Source of the DNA: an uncultured Gemmatimonadales bacterium
GTDB taxonomy: Bacteria > Gemmatimonadota > Gemmatimonadetes > Longimicrobiales > Gaopeijiaceae
Length of the DNA: 64,000 bases
Assembly (NCBI GenBank): GCA_963809895.1
Contig: CAWELD010000010.1
Coordinates: 1,050,123 to 1,114,122, forward strand
Direction: 5' to 3'
A program made the translations under genes and the position numbers. Positions 51,295 to 60,493 of this stretch are shown here, piece by piece. Under the pieces are notes generated by a model that saw nothing but the letters and a program-made list of their open reading frames with translations, searched no databases and had not been told where the DNA came from. Positions within the stretch are counted from its first letter, which is position 1. Each line of letters starts with the position of its first letter.

Positions 51295-51949
51295 ATGACA
51301 CCCCGGCGCAGGGTTTTCCTGCTCAAGACGATGGTGTGGTTGGCGTGCCTCACCCCGCTGGGTTGGGTGGCCTACCGCTGGTATCTGGGTGACCACCTCA
51401 CCGCGAACCCCGTGGAGGCGCTGGAGCACTGGTCGGGGCTGTCGGCGTTCGTGATCCTCACGGCCTCGCTGGCGGTGACGCCGATCCGGCGGCTCACCGG
51501 ATGGAACGACATCCAGAAGGTCCGGCGCCTCGCCGGGCTGTGGGCGTTCGCCTACGCCGTCATCCATTTCGGCATCTACCTGGGGCTCGACCAGTTCTTC
51601 GGCTGGTCCTACATCCTCGAGGACATCACCGAGCGGCCCTTCATCATCTCCGGCACCCTGGCGCTTCTGTGCCTGCTGCCGCTGGCGCTCACGTCCACCC
51701 GGGCCTCCATCCGACGCCTGGGCAAGAACTGGGTGCGGCTGCACCGGCTGGTCTATGCGGCTGCGGGGCTGGCGCTCCTGCACTTCCTCTGGGGCCAGAA
51801 GGCGGACATCCGCAACCCCATCATCGGCGGGCGTGGTGCTGGGGGTGCTTCTGGGAGCTCGTCTGGTCTGGTGGTGGCAGCGGCGGCGGCGCCCGCCGCC
51901 CCGGCGGGAGCGCGCGAGGGCGGAGAGGGAGACGGCGGCGGTGGGGTGA
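51295..51949 (+). CDS. msrQ: MsrQ heme-binding membrane subunit (+1 indel near 51826)
   Basis: NPVE, SLAVTP, RRLAGLWAF.YA..H, ERP.I..G, LA.TS, W.RLHRL.Y, H; last TM helix in the adjacent frame. Confidence 0.88.
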
Positions 51950-51995
51950 CGCTACATTCCGTTACCCTCCTGCGCCCCTGACCATCTCTGGAGCC

Positions 51996-53009
51996 ATGTC
52001 ACCTCGACGTCCCATTCTGATCTCGGCCCTCCCTGCGTTCATGGTGGCGGCCTGTGCCACCGCTTCCTCTCCGGCCGCGCCCGGGCCCGGTCCCACGCCC
52101 GCCGCACAGGCGCCCGCACCCGAGGGTCCGCCACCTCTTCGCGAAGGCACGGACTTCGTGGTCTACCGCGCCGACGGCGCCCCTGCCTCGGTGGACGAGA
52201 TCGTGGAGGCCATGGCCGACGCCGATGCCGTGCTCGTGGGGGAGGAGCACAACGATCCCGTGACCCACCGGGTCGAGCTGCTCCTGGTGGAGCGGGCGTT
52301 CGTGGATCTGGGAGGACGCGGCGCCTCGGCCGCCGAGCTCCCCGCCGGGCACCCGCAGGTGGCGACACGCCAGGGCCGGCCCGTGATCCTGTCGTTGGAG
52401 ATGTTCGAGACCGATGTGCAGTACATCCTCGACGAATACCTCCACGACCTCATCACCGAGTCCCACTTCCGTGCCAGCGCGCGACCCTGGGACAACTACG
52501 AGACGGACTACCGGCCCATGGTCGAGTTCGCCAAGGCCCACGGCATGACCGTGGTCGCGGCCAACGCGCCTCGCCGATACGTGAACCGGGCCTCTCGCCT
52601 GGGACGCGCCAGCCTGCAGGAGCTCCCGCCCTCGGCGCTCCGCTATCTGCCACCGCTCCCGTATCCCCAGGCCAGCGACCGGTACCGTGGCCAGTGGGAC
52701 GCGCTCATGGGGGACGCCGCCCGGCACATGTCCGGCTCGCCGCTGGACGGCCAGACGTTGTGGGACGCCAGCATGGGTCACTCGGTCGCGCAGGCCCTGG
52801 ACGCCCATCCCGATGCGCTGGTTCTGCACATGGCCGGGGGATTCCACGTGGAAAAGGACACGGGGATCCCGGAAGCCCTGCGCCACTATCGGCCCTGGAC
52901 GCGCATCGTCACGGTGGCGGCGCGTCCCACCGAGGATCCGGGCACCTTCGACCCGCAGGAATTCGGTGGGCTGGGGACGTTCGTGGTCTTGACCCGCGCA
53001 CCTCGCTGA
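51996..53009 (+). CDS. ChaN family lipoprotein
   Basis: Lipobox VAAC; VLVGEEHND..H, SLEMFE.D.Q, Y.P..EFAK, AANAPR, Q.LWDASM, G.FH. Confidence 0.88.
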   Translation: MSPRRPILISALPAFMVAACATASSPAAPGPGPTPAAQAPAPEGPPPLREGTDFVVYRADGAPASVDEIVEAMADADAVLVGEEHNDPVTHRVELLLVERAFVDLGGRGASAAELPAGHPQVATRQGRPVILSLEMFETDVQYILDEYLHDLITESHFRASARPWDNYETDYRPMVEFAKAHGMTVVAANAPRRYVNRASRLGRASLQELPPSALRYLPPLPYPQASDRYRGQWDALMGDAARHMSGSPLDGQTLWDASMGHSVAQALDAHPDALVLHMAGGFHVEKDTGIPEALRHYRPWTRIVTVAARPTEDPGTFDPQEFGGLGTFVVLTRAPR

Positions 53010-53022
53010 CCAGCGCCCGACC

Positions 53023-53874
53023 GTGCTGTCCGAACAGGCCCGGCCCGGCGCCGTCCACCTGCGGGTCTCCCATGTCGGGGACAGCCTGGAATTCTGGCAG
53101 GATCAGCTCGGCCTGGAGGCACGCACCGCGGGCGAGGCCACGGCGTTGCACGCGGCGGGTGCGTCCGAGCCTCTGATCGTCCTCCACGCGGCCGGGGGGT
53201 CCCGGCGGAGTGCCGGCCGGGCGGGTCTCTACCATGTGGCGCTGCGCGTTCCCGCGCGGCGCGACCTGGCGCGCGTGCTGCTCAGGCTGGGCGATGCCGG
53301 CGTCGTCTTCCAGGGGGCCGCGGATCACGGGGTGAGCGAGGCGCTCTACCTGGCGGATCCCGAGGGGAACGGGGTGGAGCTGTACGTGGACCGGCCCGGG
53401 CGAGCATGGACACGTCCCGGTGACACGGTGGAGATGACCACGCTTCCGCTGGACGTACAGGGCCTCGTGGCCGAGGCGAACGGGGACCCGGCGCCTCTCC
53501 CCGTGGGTAGCGATGTCGGGCACGTGCACCTGCAGGTGGACGACCTGCAAGCGGCGGAAGCGTTCTACGGCCCGGAGGGCCTCGGCCTCGACGTGACCAC
53601 GCGCGCATACCCCGGTGCGCTCTTCCTGTCGGCCGGGGGCTACCACCACCACCTGGGCCTGAACACCTGGGGTGTCCGGGGCCCCGCCTCAGCCGATGCC
53701 CTGGGCCTCCTGGCCTGGACTCTGATGGTGCCCGAAGAGGGCGTGGAGGAGGCCGCGGCGCGCGTGGGCGCGGCACACGAGAACGGCGCCTGGCAGGCCC
53801 GCGATCCCGCCGGCAACCTTCTCCGGCTGGTGGCTGCTAGTACCGGAAAAGCGGAATCCCCACCTCGACCATGA
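53023..53874 (+). CDS. VOC family glyoxalase/catechol dioxygenase-like protein
   Basis: GLYHVA, DHGVSEALYL.DPEGNGVELY.DR, GHVHL.V, FLSAGGYHHHLGLNTW. Confidence 0.9.
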   Translation: MLSEQARPGAVHLRVSHVGDSLEFWQDQLGLEARTAGEATALHAAGASEPLIVLHAAGGSRRSAGRAGLYHVALRVPARRDLARVLLRLGDAGVVFQGAADHGVSEALYLADPEGNGVELYVDRPGRAWTRPGDTVEMTTLPLDVQGLVAEANGDPAPLPVGSDVGHVHLQVDDLQAAEAFYGPEGLGLDVTTRAYPGALFLSAGGYHHHLGLNTWGVRGPASADALGLLAWTLMVPEEGVEEAAARVGAAHENGAWQARDPAGNLLRLVAASTGKAESPPRP

Positions 53875-54346
53875 TCGTCATGGGGCGGAAATCCTCCACC
53901 CGCGCCCAGCGTAGCTCGAGCCCTCCGATCCACCAGCGGTCGCGGGTCGGTGTCCCCCCCAGGCCGATCACCAGCGAGTATCCGGTGCGGGTCTCCCGGG
54001 GGTCGTCGGGATTGTCCGACACGAAGACCGTGTTCCGGAAGACCGGCCCGCCACCGACGTAGACACCCACTCCGGAGCGCCAGAGGACGTCCAGGGCGAC
54101 CTGCCGCTCGGTGATCTTGCTCAGGAACGTGAAGTCCGCGGTGGATTGGAGCTCCACGGGAATCTTCGGCAGAGGCAGGCGCACGTACGCTCCGGCCACG
54201 AACGCGCTGAACTCGGTGTCGTAGCCGACCCGCGGGCCGAGGGTGAGGGCGCGCACGATGGGTGGGCCCTCCACCTGCGCGCGGACGGTGCCGGGCAACC
54301 CTGCCAGCGCGCAGCCCGCCAGCATCGCGAATGTCCGCAGCTTCAT
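53837..54346 (-). CDS. Small outer-membrane beta-barrel-like protein
   Basis: Signal peptide, alternating amphipathic strands, aromatic C-terminus ..GIPLFRY. Confidence 0.65.
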   Translation of the reverse strand: MKLRTFAMLAGCALAGLPGTVRAQVEGPPIVRALTLGPRVGYDTEFSAFVAGAYVRLPLPKIPVELQSTADFTFLSKITERQVALDVLWRSGVGVYVGGGPVFRNTVFVSDNPDDPRETRTGYSLVIGLGGTPTRDRWWIGGLELRWARVEDFRPMTIMVEVGIPLFRY

Positions 54347-54353
54347 GCGCGCC

Positions 54354-54929
54354 TCAACCGCCCACGTTCAGGTCGGTGGCGTCGAGGCGGTCGGCGAGCG
54401 CCTTCAACTCGGCGAACATCTCGTCGACCTCGGGATCGAGCTTCACCATCTCGACCATCATGGCATCCTGGAAGGCCTCGAGACGAGCCTTCATCTCCTC
54501 CTGCTCCAGGATCTCACCCTGTGCGTCCTGAAGCCGGCCCATGATCCCCTGGTACTCGTTCTGGAGCGCCTTCAGCTTGGCGGCGTCCTGTGCGGCCTGG
54601 GCAGCGGCGGCTTCCTGCTGGATCTCCGGCATGCGCTCCTTGAGCACCTGCTCCAGCTCGGGGTGGGCCTCGTAGACCGCGGCTTCCAGCGCGGACTGGA
54701 TGCTGTCCTGCTCCGCCTGGAGCTCGGGGCTGGCCTGGAGGGCTTGATTCTGGACTCCGTTCACCCGCGTCTCGAGCGTGCGGAAGCGGGTCAACGCGGC
54801 CTGCAGGCTGTCCTGGGGAACGGGGACCGCGGGGACGGAATCGGGCACGCGGTCCTGCGCGCGCGACGGCGCAGCGATCATGGAAAGGGCCAGGGCCAGC
54901 ACAGCCCCGGCTCTGAGCGAGCGCATCAT
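54354..54929 (-). CDS. Secreted all-helical coiled-coil protein
   Basis: Signal peptide ending SRA-Q; Q/E/A-rich heptads; co-oriented with the barrel gene. Confidence 0.7.
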   Translation of the reverse strand: MMRSLRAGAVLALALSMIAAPSRAQDRVPDSVPAVPVPQDSLQAALTRFRTLETRVNGVQNQALQASPELQAEQDSIQSALEAAVYEAHPELEQVLKERMPEIQQEAAAAQAAQDAAKLKALQNEYQGIMGRLQDAQGEILEQEEMKARLEAFQDAMMVEMVKLDPEVDEMFAELKALADRLDATDLNVGG

Positions 54930-55028
54930 TCAGGTACTCCGTGGAGTCGATGTCGAAGTCGAGGACTGGACACGAACCTCACACGGAGGCGACGCGGCCA
55001 TCCTGGCGTCGTGACGCTGAATCTGTCC

Positions 55029-55625
55029 TCAGATGAGCCCGCCGGCCAGGGCGCGGAGCACATCCATCGTGGTGACGATACCCAGGAGACGGCCGTCTTC
55101 CAGGACCACGGCCCGGTGGATGCGCCCCCTCACCAGAAAGTCCGCCAGTTCACGGAAGGAGGCGTCGGGAGGCACCGAGAACGACACCGGCGTCATGATA
55201 TCGGACACCGTGAGCCGGTCGAGAGGTCCCTCGTCTTCGCTCTCCCGGCTCCACTCGGGTGTCAGCAGGGGCGCGTCTTCGGGGAGGAAGAAGTCGGTGA
55301 ACGGGTCGTCTGCCTGATCCTCCGGATCGGGGATCTCGGGCGCCCCGACCGGCACCCAGCGAGCGCTGGACAGGCGCACCTCCTGCTCCTCGGCCGTGAG
55401 CCGTACCACATCGGACGACGACACCACCCCGAGAACCTCGCCGGAGGCCGTGGTTACGGGCATGCCGCTGATGCCTTCGTCGGCCAGCGTCCTGGCCAGC
55501 TCGCGCACCGACATCTCGGGGGTCGCCGTCACCACCTCGCTCTGCATGAGGTCACGGACGGTCACCATGCTTCCTCCCGCGCTGGATTGCATGAGGGGGG
55601 CCTTCGGGCTTCGTTGGTCGGTCAT
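55029..55625 (-). CDS. CBS domain-containing protein
   Basis: VRDLM..VVT..G.SGMPV..GVVS and VSDIMTP..IHR.VV..GIVT..D. Confidence 0.9.
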   Translation of the reverse strand: MTDQRSPKAPLMQSSAGGSMVTVRDLMQSEVVTATPEMSVRELARTLADEGISGMPVTTASGEVLGVVSSSDVVRLTAEEQEVRLSSARWVPVGAPEIPDPEDQADDPFTDFFLPEDAPLLTPEWSRESEDEGPLDRLTVSDIMTPVSFSVPPDASFRELADFLVRGRIHRAVVLEDGRLLGIVTTMDVLRALAGGLI

Positions 55626-56524
55626 TCCTCGGGACTCTCTGGCCGCTGCACCAGGATCGGTACGTGCACGGCCCGGATCACCTTGTCCGTGGTGCTGCCG
55701 AGAAGGGCCCGCTGAAGCCCTCCGCGACCGTGCGTGGCCATGACCACGAGTTGAGCGTCGAGCTCCTCGACCTCGCGTGCGACGGCGTGACCCGCCTGGG
55801 TATCCACCGTGACGTGCACCGTGGCCTCCACGCCCTCAGCGGTGATGCGGGCGGCGATACGCTCCAGGTAGGCACGCGCCGCGTCCCTCGCCTCTTCCAC
55901 CACCTTCTGATTCATCTGGACCGTGTGGGGCAGGTACGGCGAGGCGATTTCCATGGGGTACGCCACGACGCGCAGGAGACGGATCTGGCTCCCATAGAGC
56001 TTGGCCATGCCGATGGCCAGGTCGAGGACGGACTCGGACAGCTCCGAGCCGTCCAGGGGCACGACGATACGCTGCACCTCGGGCTCCACCGTGGGGTCCG
56101 GATGGTCGTCCTCGGGTCGCACGAGAAGGATCGGCTGGTGCGCGTGGCGCACGAAGCCGTCGGCCACGCTGCCGAGCCAGGCCCGGGTGAGGGCGCCGCG
56201 GCCGTGGGTCGCCATGACCACGAGGTCGGCCTCGGTGGAATCGGCCCGGCTCATGAGGAGCTCCACGACCCGGCCGGTACCCACCCAGGCATGGACCTCT
56301 CCGTCGGTCCGCTGGCGGATCTGCTCACGCACGTTGCGCAGGTAGTCTTCGGACCACTGCCAGGCGGCGGACTCCCACTCGTCGTACGCGAAAGACGGCA
56401 CGGGCTCGTGCACCGAGGCGAGCTGCAGGGCGGCGTGGGTCCTGCGACTCAGGCCCAGCGCCCAGGGAAGCGCCGCCTCGGAGAATGCGGAGCCGTCCAG
56501 CGGGACCAGGATCGTGCGGAACAT
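55622..56524 (-). CDS. Tandem universal stress protein
   Basis: Two units: ILVPLDGS..SE..LVVMATHGRG..LGS. Confidence 0.93.
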   Translation of the reverse strand: MFRTILVPLDGSAFSEAALPWALGLSRRTHAALQLASVHEPVPSFAYDEWESAAWQWSEDYLRNVREQIRQRTDGEVHAWVGTGRVVELLMSRADSTEADLVVMATHGRGALTRAWLGSVADGFVRHAHQPILLVRPEDDHPDPTVEPEVQRIVVPLDGSELSESVLDLAIGMAKLYGSQIRLLRVVAYPMEIASPYLPHTVQMNQKVVEEARDAARAYLERIAARITAEGVEATVHVTVDTQAGHAVAREVEELDAQLVVMATHGRGGLQRALLGSTTDKVIRAVHVPILVQRPESPEE

Positions 56525-56580
56525 GATGGCTCCCGTGTGTCGAGGAAGGCGGTGCTCCGGGTGCGGCGTCGCGCCGACGC

Positions 56581-57735
56581 TCAGCCCGTGGCCCCCGCCG
56601 GTATCATTCGTTCGGGCGGCGGGCTCGAAAGCGGGTCGCCCCCGGGCGGCTCGTCGCCGGCCGCCCAGGGCAGCACCAGGCGTAGGCGTGTGCCCCGGCC
56701 CGGTCGCGAGTCCACCGTGAGCGATCCACCGGCATAACCGGCCCGTTCCTCCATACCCATCAAGCCCAGGCCCGCTCCGCCGGCGAAGGAAAGCGTGGTC
56801 TGGTCGAAGCCCTGTCCGTCGTCCTCGATCTCGGTCACGAGGCCGTCGGCCGCGCCGAAGAAGCGCGTGTGCACGTGGCCGGCTCCGGCGTGGCGGGCGG
56901 CGTTGGTCAGGGCCTCCTGAACGATACGGAAGAGCGCCAGCCGCACGCCGTCGCTGAGGTCCGCCTCCGGAATCTGGCCCAGGAATTCCATGCGCAGGGT
57001 CCGGGACTCGGTGAGTCGCCGGGCGTGCGCTTCCAGGGCCGCGCGCACACCCAGCTCGTCCAACTCGGGGGGACGCAGGCGTCGTGCCACACCACGGATC
57101 TCCTCCAGCGCCTGGCGGATCTCGGTGGTGACCTCGTCCATGCGGCTACACGGGGAATCCTCCGGCTCCTGCCGGGAAAGGATGCGTAACCGCACCAGGA
57201 CCCCCGCCAGCGTCTGGGCGGTGCCGGAATAGAGCTCGTGGGCGATACGCTCCCGCTCCCGTTCTTCGGCTTCGAGCACACGCCGGGCCAACTCGCGCTG
57301 GCGGCGCTGCGCCGCCGAGACCGTGTCCAACATGTCGTTGAAGGTGTGGCTCAAGCGGTCGAGGCGGTCGTCGGCCAGCACCGAGTGGGGGACGCGCGAG
57401 GCCATGTCTCCGTTCCGGACCCGAAAGGCCGTGTCGGTCAGGGTGTCGACGGGGCGCAACGCCAATCGTACCACGGCGGCGTTCGCCAGCGCGGCAAGGG
57501 TGACCATGGCCACCGACACGCCGGCGACCACGGGAAGGACGGGGGCGTGCACGCGGTCGAGGAAGAGCGCCACGGTGGCTCCGGCGGCCGCCACCAGGAC
57601 CACGTTCGCCAGCAGGAGCTTCCAGAACAGCGGGACGCGCAGGATCGACGTCGCCCAAAGCGGTACCCTGGGCGGCCGCGTCGCCAGCGGCTGCCCGGTG
57701 TCGTGCCCCGCGTCGTGGGAGGGCGGTGCGTCCAT
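56581..57735 (-). CDS. 2-TM HAMP + HisKA_3-like kinase lacking the canonical phospho-His
   Basis: H-box reads RIAHELYSGTAQ; N/G1/G2 boxes intact (QEALTNAARHA, EDDGQGF, GLGLMGMEERA). Confidence 0.85.
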   Translation of the reverse strand: MDAPPSHDAGHDTGQPLATRPPRVPLWATSILRVPLFWKLLLANVVLVAAAGATVALFLDRVHAPVLPVVAGVSVAMVTLAALANAAVVRLALRPVDTLTDTAFRVRNGDMASRVPHSVLADDRLDRLSHTFNDMLDTVSAAQRRQRELARRVLEAEERERERIAHELYSGTAQTLAGVLVRLRILSRQEPEDSPCSRMDEVTTEIRQALEEIRGVARRLRPPELDELGVRAALEAHARRLTESRTLRMEFLGQIPEADLSDGVRLALFRIVQEALTNAARHAGAGHVHTRFFGAADGLVTEIEDDGQGFDQTTLSFAGGAGLGLMGMEERAGYAGGSLTVDSRPGRGTRLRLVLPWAAGDEPPGGDPLSSPPPERMIPAGATG

Positions 57736-57835
57736 GTGGCGGATATCCGGACCTGAGAAAACGACACCGCGAGAGCCACATTTTCGGCATGCCCCTCGCG
57801 GTTGCCTCGAATGGACCTAAATTGGAGGGGGCACC

Positions 57836-57888
57836 ACAGACCGTCTGTAGGGATAGGTTGGCGCGCGCCTGTGGGAGTTTCCTTGACA
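57836..57888. promoter_or_regulatory. Candidate regulator sites in the divergent promoter
   Basis: ACAGAC-C-GTCTGT palindrome (57836-48) and TGTGGGA-N5-CTTGACA (57870-88). Confidence 0.35.
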
Positions 57889-57920
57889 CACCCTCCTGAA
57901 CCACGACGAGCGGCTCGGCT

Positions 57921-58949
57921 GTGACCAACGAGTACTATCGCGCGATCTTCGACTTTTCTCCCGACGGCATCCTGGTCGTGGACGACGACGGGATCATATG
58001 CCGTGTGAACCCGCGCGCCGAGGAGCTCTTCGGCTTCGAGCCCGGGGCGCTGGCGGGTCAGTCCGTCGAGATGCTGGTGCCCGACGCGCTGCGACCGGGT
58101 CATGTGCAGCACCGCAAGGCCTACGTCGCCGACTCGGCTCGCCGGCCCATGGGAATCGGGCTCGAGCTTCGTGCGCGCCGCTCCGACGGCACGGAGTTCC
58201 CGGTGGAGATCTCCCTGAGCCCGGTGGACACCGAGGACGGGCGCCACACGTTGGCCACTGTGCGCGACGTCACGCAGCGCAAGCGCCTGCGGGACTTCGG
58301 TGCCGGCGCCTTGCGGGCGTCGGAAGACGAACGCGCGCGCATCGCACGAGAGCTTCACGACGACACGGCGCAGCGTCTCGCCACCACGCTGTTGAGGCTT
58401 CGCATCCTGGAGCGCATGGTGGAGGGTGAGGAGCGCCTGGAGGTCATCGAGGAACTCCGCGACTCGCTCCAGCAGACCGCGGAGGGCGTGAGGCGCATCG
58501 CCCGTGGGCTGCGGCCGCCGGAGCTTCAGGACGCCGGTCTCACCACGGCTCTGCGGTCCTACGCGCGCAGCCTGCTGGACGGTCGAGGCCTCAAGGTCGA
58601 CCTTGACGTCGAGCCCGTCGACGAGTACCTGACGGCCGATGGGAAGCTGGTGGTCTATCGCGTCGTGCAGGAGGCGCTCAACAACGTTTCGCGCCATGCC
58701 GACGCCAGTGCGGCCCGGGTCCTCCTCCGGAAGTCCGGAGGCCACATCGTCGCCGAGGTCGAGGATGAAGGGCGTGGCTTCTCGCCCCACCGGGTCCAGA
58801 ACGACGGCGGCGGCCTCGGGCTGCTGGGAATGCAGGAGCGTGCAGCCATGGTGGGAGGATTGGTTACCGTGGATTCCAGGCCCGGCGAAGGCACCCGCGT
58901 GGTGATCCGGGTCCCTGTGGAGATCGAGAGAGAGGTGGAGCGTGTCTGA
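57921..58949 (+). CDS. Cytoplasmic PAS + HisKA_3 sensor histidine kinase
   Basis: PAS (NPRAEELFG..LVP..RPGH..RRSDGTEFPVEISL), RIARELHDDTAQ, QEALNNV.RHA, DEG.GF, GLLGMQERA. Confidence 0.92.
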   Translation: MTNEYYRAIFDFSPDGILVVDDDGIICRVNPRAEELFGFEPGALAGQSVEMLVPDALRPGHVQHRKAYVADSARRPMGIGLELRARRSDGTEFPVEISLSPVDTEDGRHTLATVRDVTQRKRLRDFGAGALRASEDERARIARELHDDTAQRLATTLLRLRILERMVEGEERLEVIEELRDSLQQTAEGVRRIARGLRPPELQDAGLTTALRSYARSLLDGRGLKVDLDVEPVDEYLTADGKLVVYRVVQEALNNVSRHADASAARVLLRKSGGHIVAEVEDEGRGFSPHRVQNDGGGLGLLGMQERAAMVGGLVTVDSRPGEGTRVVIRVPVEIEREVERV

Positions 58950-59595
58950 GACCCGGATTCTTCTTGTCGACGACCACGCCATGTTCCGGGCGGGGATCAA
59001 GTCCCTGCTGGAGTCGGAGGAACGCCTGACCGTGATCGGTGAGGCGTCCACCGGTGACGAGGCCGTGGACCAGGTCCGGGCGCTCAAGCCCGACGTGGTG
59101 GTGATGGACCTCTCCATGCCCGGATCCAACGGGCTGGAGGCGACCCGCCGCATCGCGGCACTGGGCCTCGACACGCGGGTGCTGGTCCTCACCGTGCATG
59201 CCGAGGAGGAGTACCTGGTGCCCGTGGTGGAGGCCGGCGCCAGCGGATACCTGACCAAGACCAGCGCGGACCGTGACCTCATCGAGGCCATCAAGGTGGT
59301 CTCCCGCGGTGAGGTGTATCTGCCACCGAAGGCCACGCGGCTCCTGTTGCAGCAATACCGCTCGGCCGAGGCCAACCCCGATCTGGCCGATCTCCACGAG
59401 CTGAGCTCGCGGGAGCAGGAAGTGCTGGCTCTCACCGCAGAGGGCTTCAGCTCGCGAGAGATCGGCAAGAAGCTCTTCATCTCGCCCAAGACCGTGGACA
59501 CGTACCGGGCTCGCATCATGGAGAAACTGAGCCTGAACCACCGATCCGAGTTGGTGCGCTTCGCCCTGCGCGTGGGCCTTCTGAAGGAGATGTAA
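58942..59595 (+). CDS. NarL/LuxR family response regulator
   Basis: LVDDH, VMDLSMP, LSSREQEVL, IG..LFIS.KTV.TYR..IM.KL. Confidence 0.94.
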   Translation: MSETRILLVDDHAMFRAGIKSLLESEERLTVIGEASTGDEAVDQVRALKPDVVVMDLSMPGSNGLEATRRIAALGLDTRVLVLTVHAEEEYLVPVVEAGASGYLTKTSADRDLIEAIKVVSRGEVYLPPKATRLLLQQYRSAEANPDLADLHELSSREQEVLALTAEGFSSREIGKKLFISPKTVDTYRARIMEKLSLNHRSELVRFALRVGLLKEM

Positions 59596-59614
59596 CCCCC
59601 GCCGCGCCTCCGGC

Positions 59615-59684
59615 TGTGGGGGTCCTCCCCACACGAATCGTGGCACCCTTCCTGACAGAGCGCCGCTTTCCGCGGCCGTAGTAT
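59615..59684 (+). promoter_or_regulatory. Candidate activator sites and promoter for the tauE-cco operon
   Basis: Perfect TGTGGGG-N5-CCCCACA (59615-33), degenerate CGTGGCA-N5-CCTGACA (59639-57), TAGTAT (59679-84). The first site could instead be a terminator hairpin. Confidence 0.4.
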
Positions 59685-59749
59685 TGGGGCCGTCATGGGT
59701 ACCGCCCACCGAGCGGGGCGAGGCCCGACCCTCCCGGACCCCACGACGC

Positions 59750-60460
59750 ATGCTCGCCTCTCTCAGCGCCGCCTTTCTTGCCGGCTTCGTCGGCAGTCCT
59801 CACTGCATGGGCATGTGCGGAGGTTTCGCCGTTGCGTGCGGTGGAGCCCGTCGTGGGCTCGCCTGGCACGCGGGGCGCATCACCACCTACGCCCTGCTGG
59901 GCGCCGCCGCCGGGGCTTTCGGCCGCGTGCTTCCAGGACCGACCTGGGTGGCCACCGTCGTTTCCGTCGCCCTGTTGGTGTGGTTCGCGGCCGCCCTGGC
60001 GGGCCTGGTTCGTGAGCCGGCGCTGAAGATTCCCGGGCTCGGGCGGCTCATGGCCCGGGCTTCCGGCGACGCCGGGGCCGGCTCCCGGGTGGTCATGGGA
60101 CTGGCCACGGGCCTGCTCCCCTGCGGGTTGCTGTACGCCGCGCTGGCGTTGCCCGTGGCATCGGGAAGCGCCGTCGTCGGGGCCTCGGCCATGGTGGCGT
60201 TCGGGCTCGGCACGGCTCCGGCGCTCGTGGCGCTCACCCTGGGCGCCCGCCAGGTGATCCTCCGCGACCTGCGTGTCCGTCGGCTCATGGCCGCGGGCGT
60301 CCTGGTGCTGGGGCTCGTGTCCATGGGCATGCGCCAGGGCGCGACGGCTGGAATGGACCACGGCGCGGGGCACGAAGGCCCCGCGACTTCGCAGGTGACC
60401 CCGGACCTCCCGGCGTCGCCGACTTCGCTTCCCGCCCCGGCCCACGCGTCCGGCGGCTGA
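59750..60460 (+). CDS. Sulfite exporter TauE/SafE-like (DsbD_2) cbb3-associated membrane protein
   Basis: GFVGSPHCMGMCG, GRI.TY..LG, GLLPCGLLY, FGLGT.P. Confidence 0.88.
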   Translation: MLASLSAAFLAGFVGSPHCMGMCGGFAVACGGARRGLAWHAGRITTYALLGAAAGAFGRVLPGPTWVATVVSVALLVWFAAALAGLVREPALKIPGLGRLMARASGDAGAGSRVVMGLATGLLPCGLLYAALALPVASGSAVVGASAMVAFGLGTAPALVALTLGARQVILRDLRVRRLMAAGVLVLGLVSMGMRQGATAGMDHGAGHEGPATSQVTPDLPASPTSLPAPAHASGG

Positions 60461-60493
60461 GGGTCCCCTCTCCTTCTTCTCCGAGGAACGCCA

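Noticed and set aside
53837-53874. 38-nt convergent overlap of the VOC and barrel genes as antisense regulation
   Set aside because: Short 3' overlaps are routine in compact GC-rich genomes.
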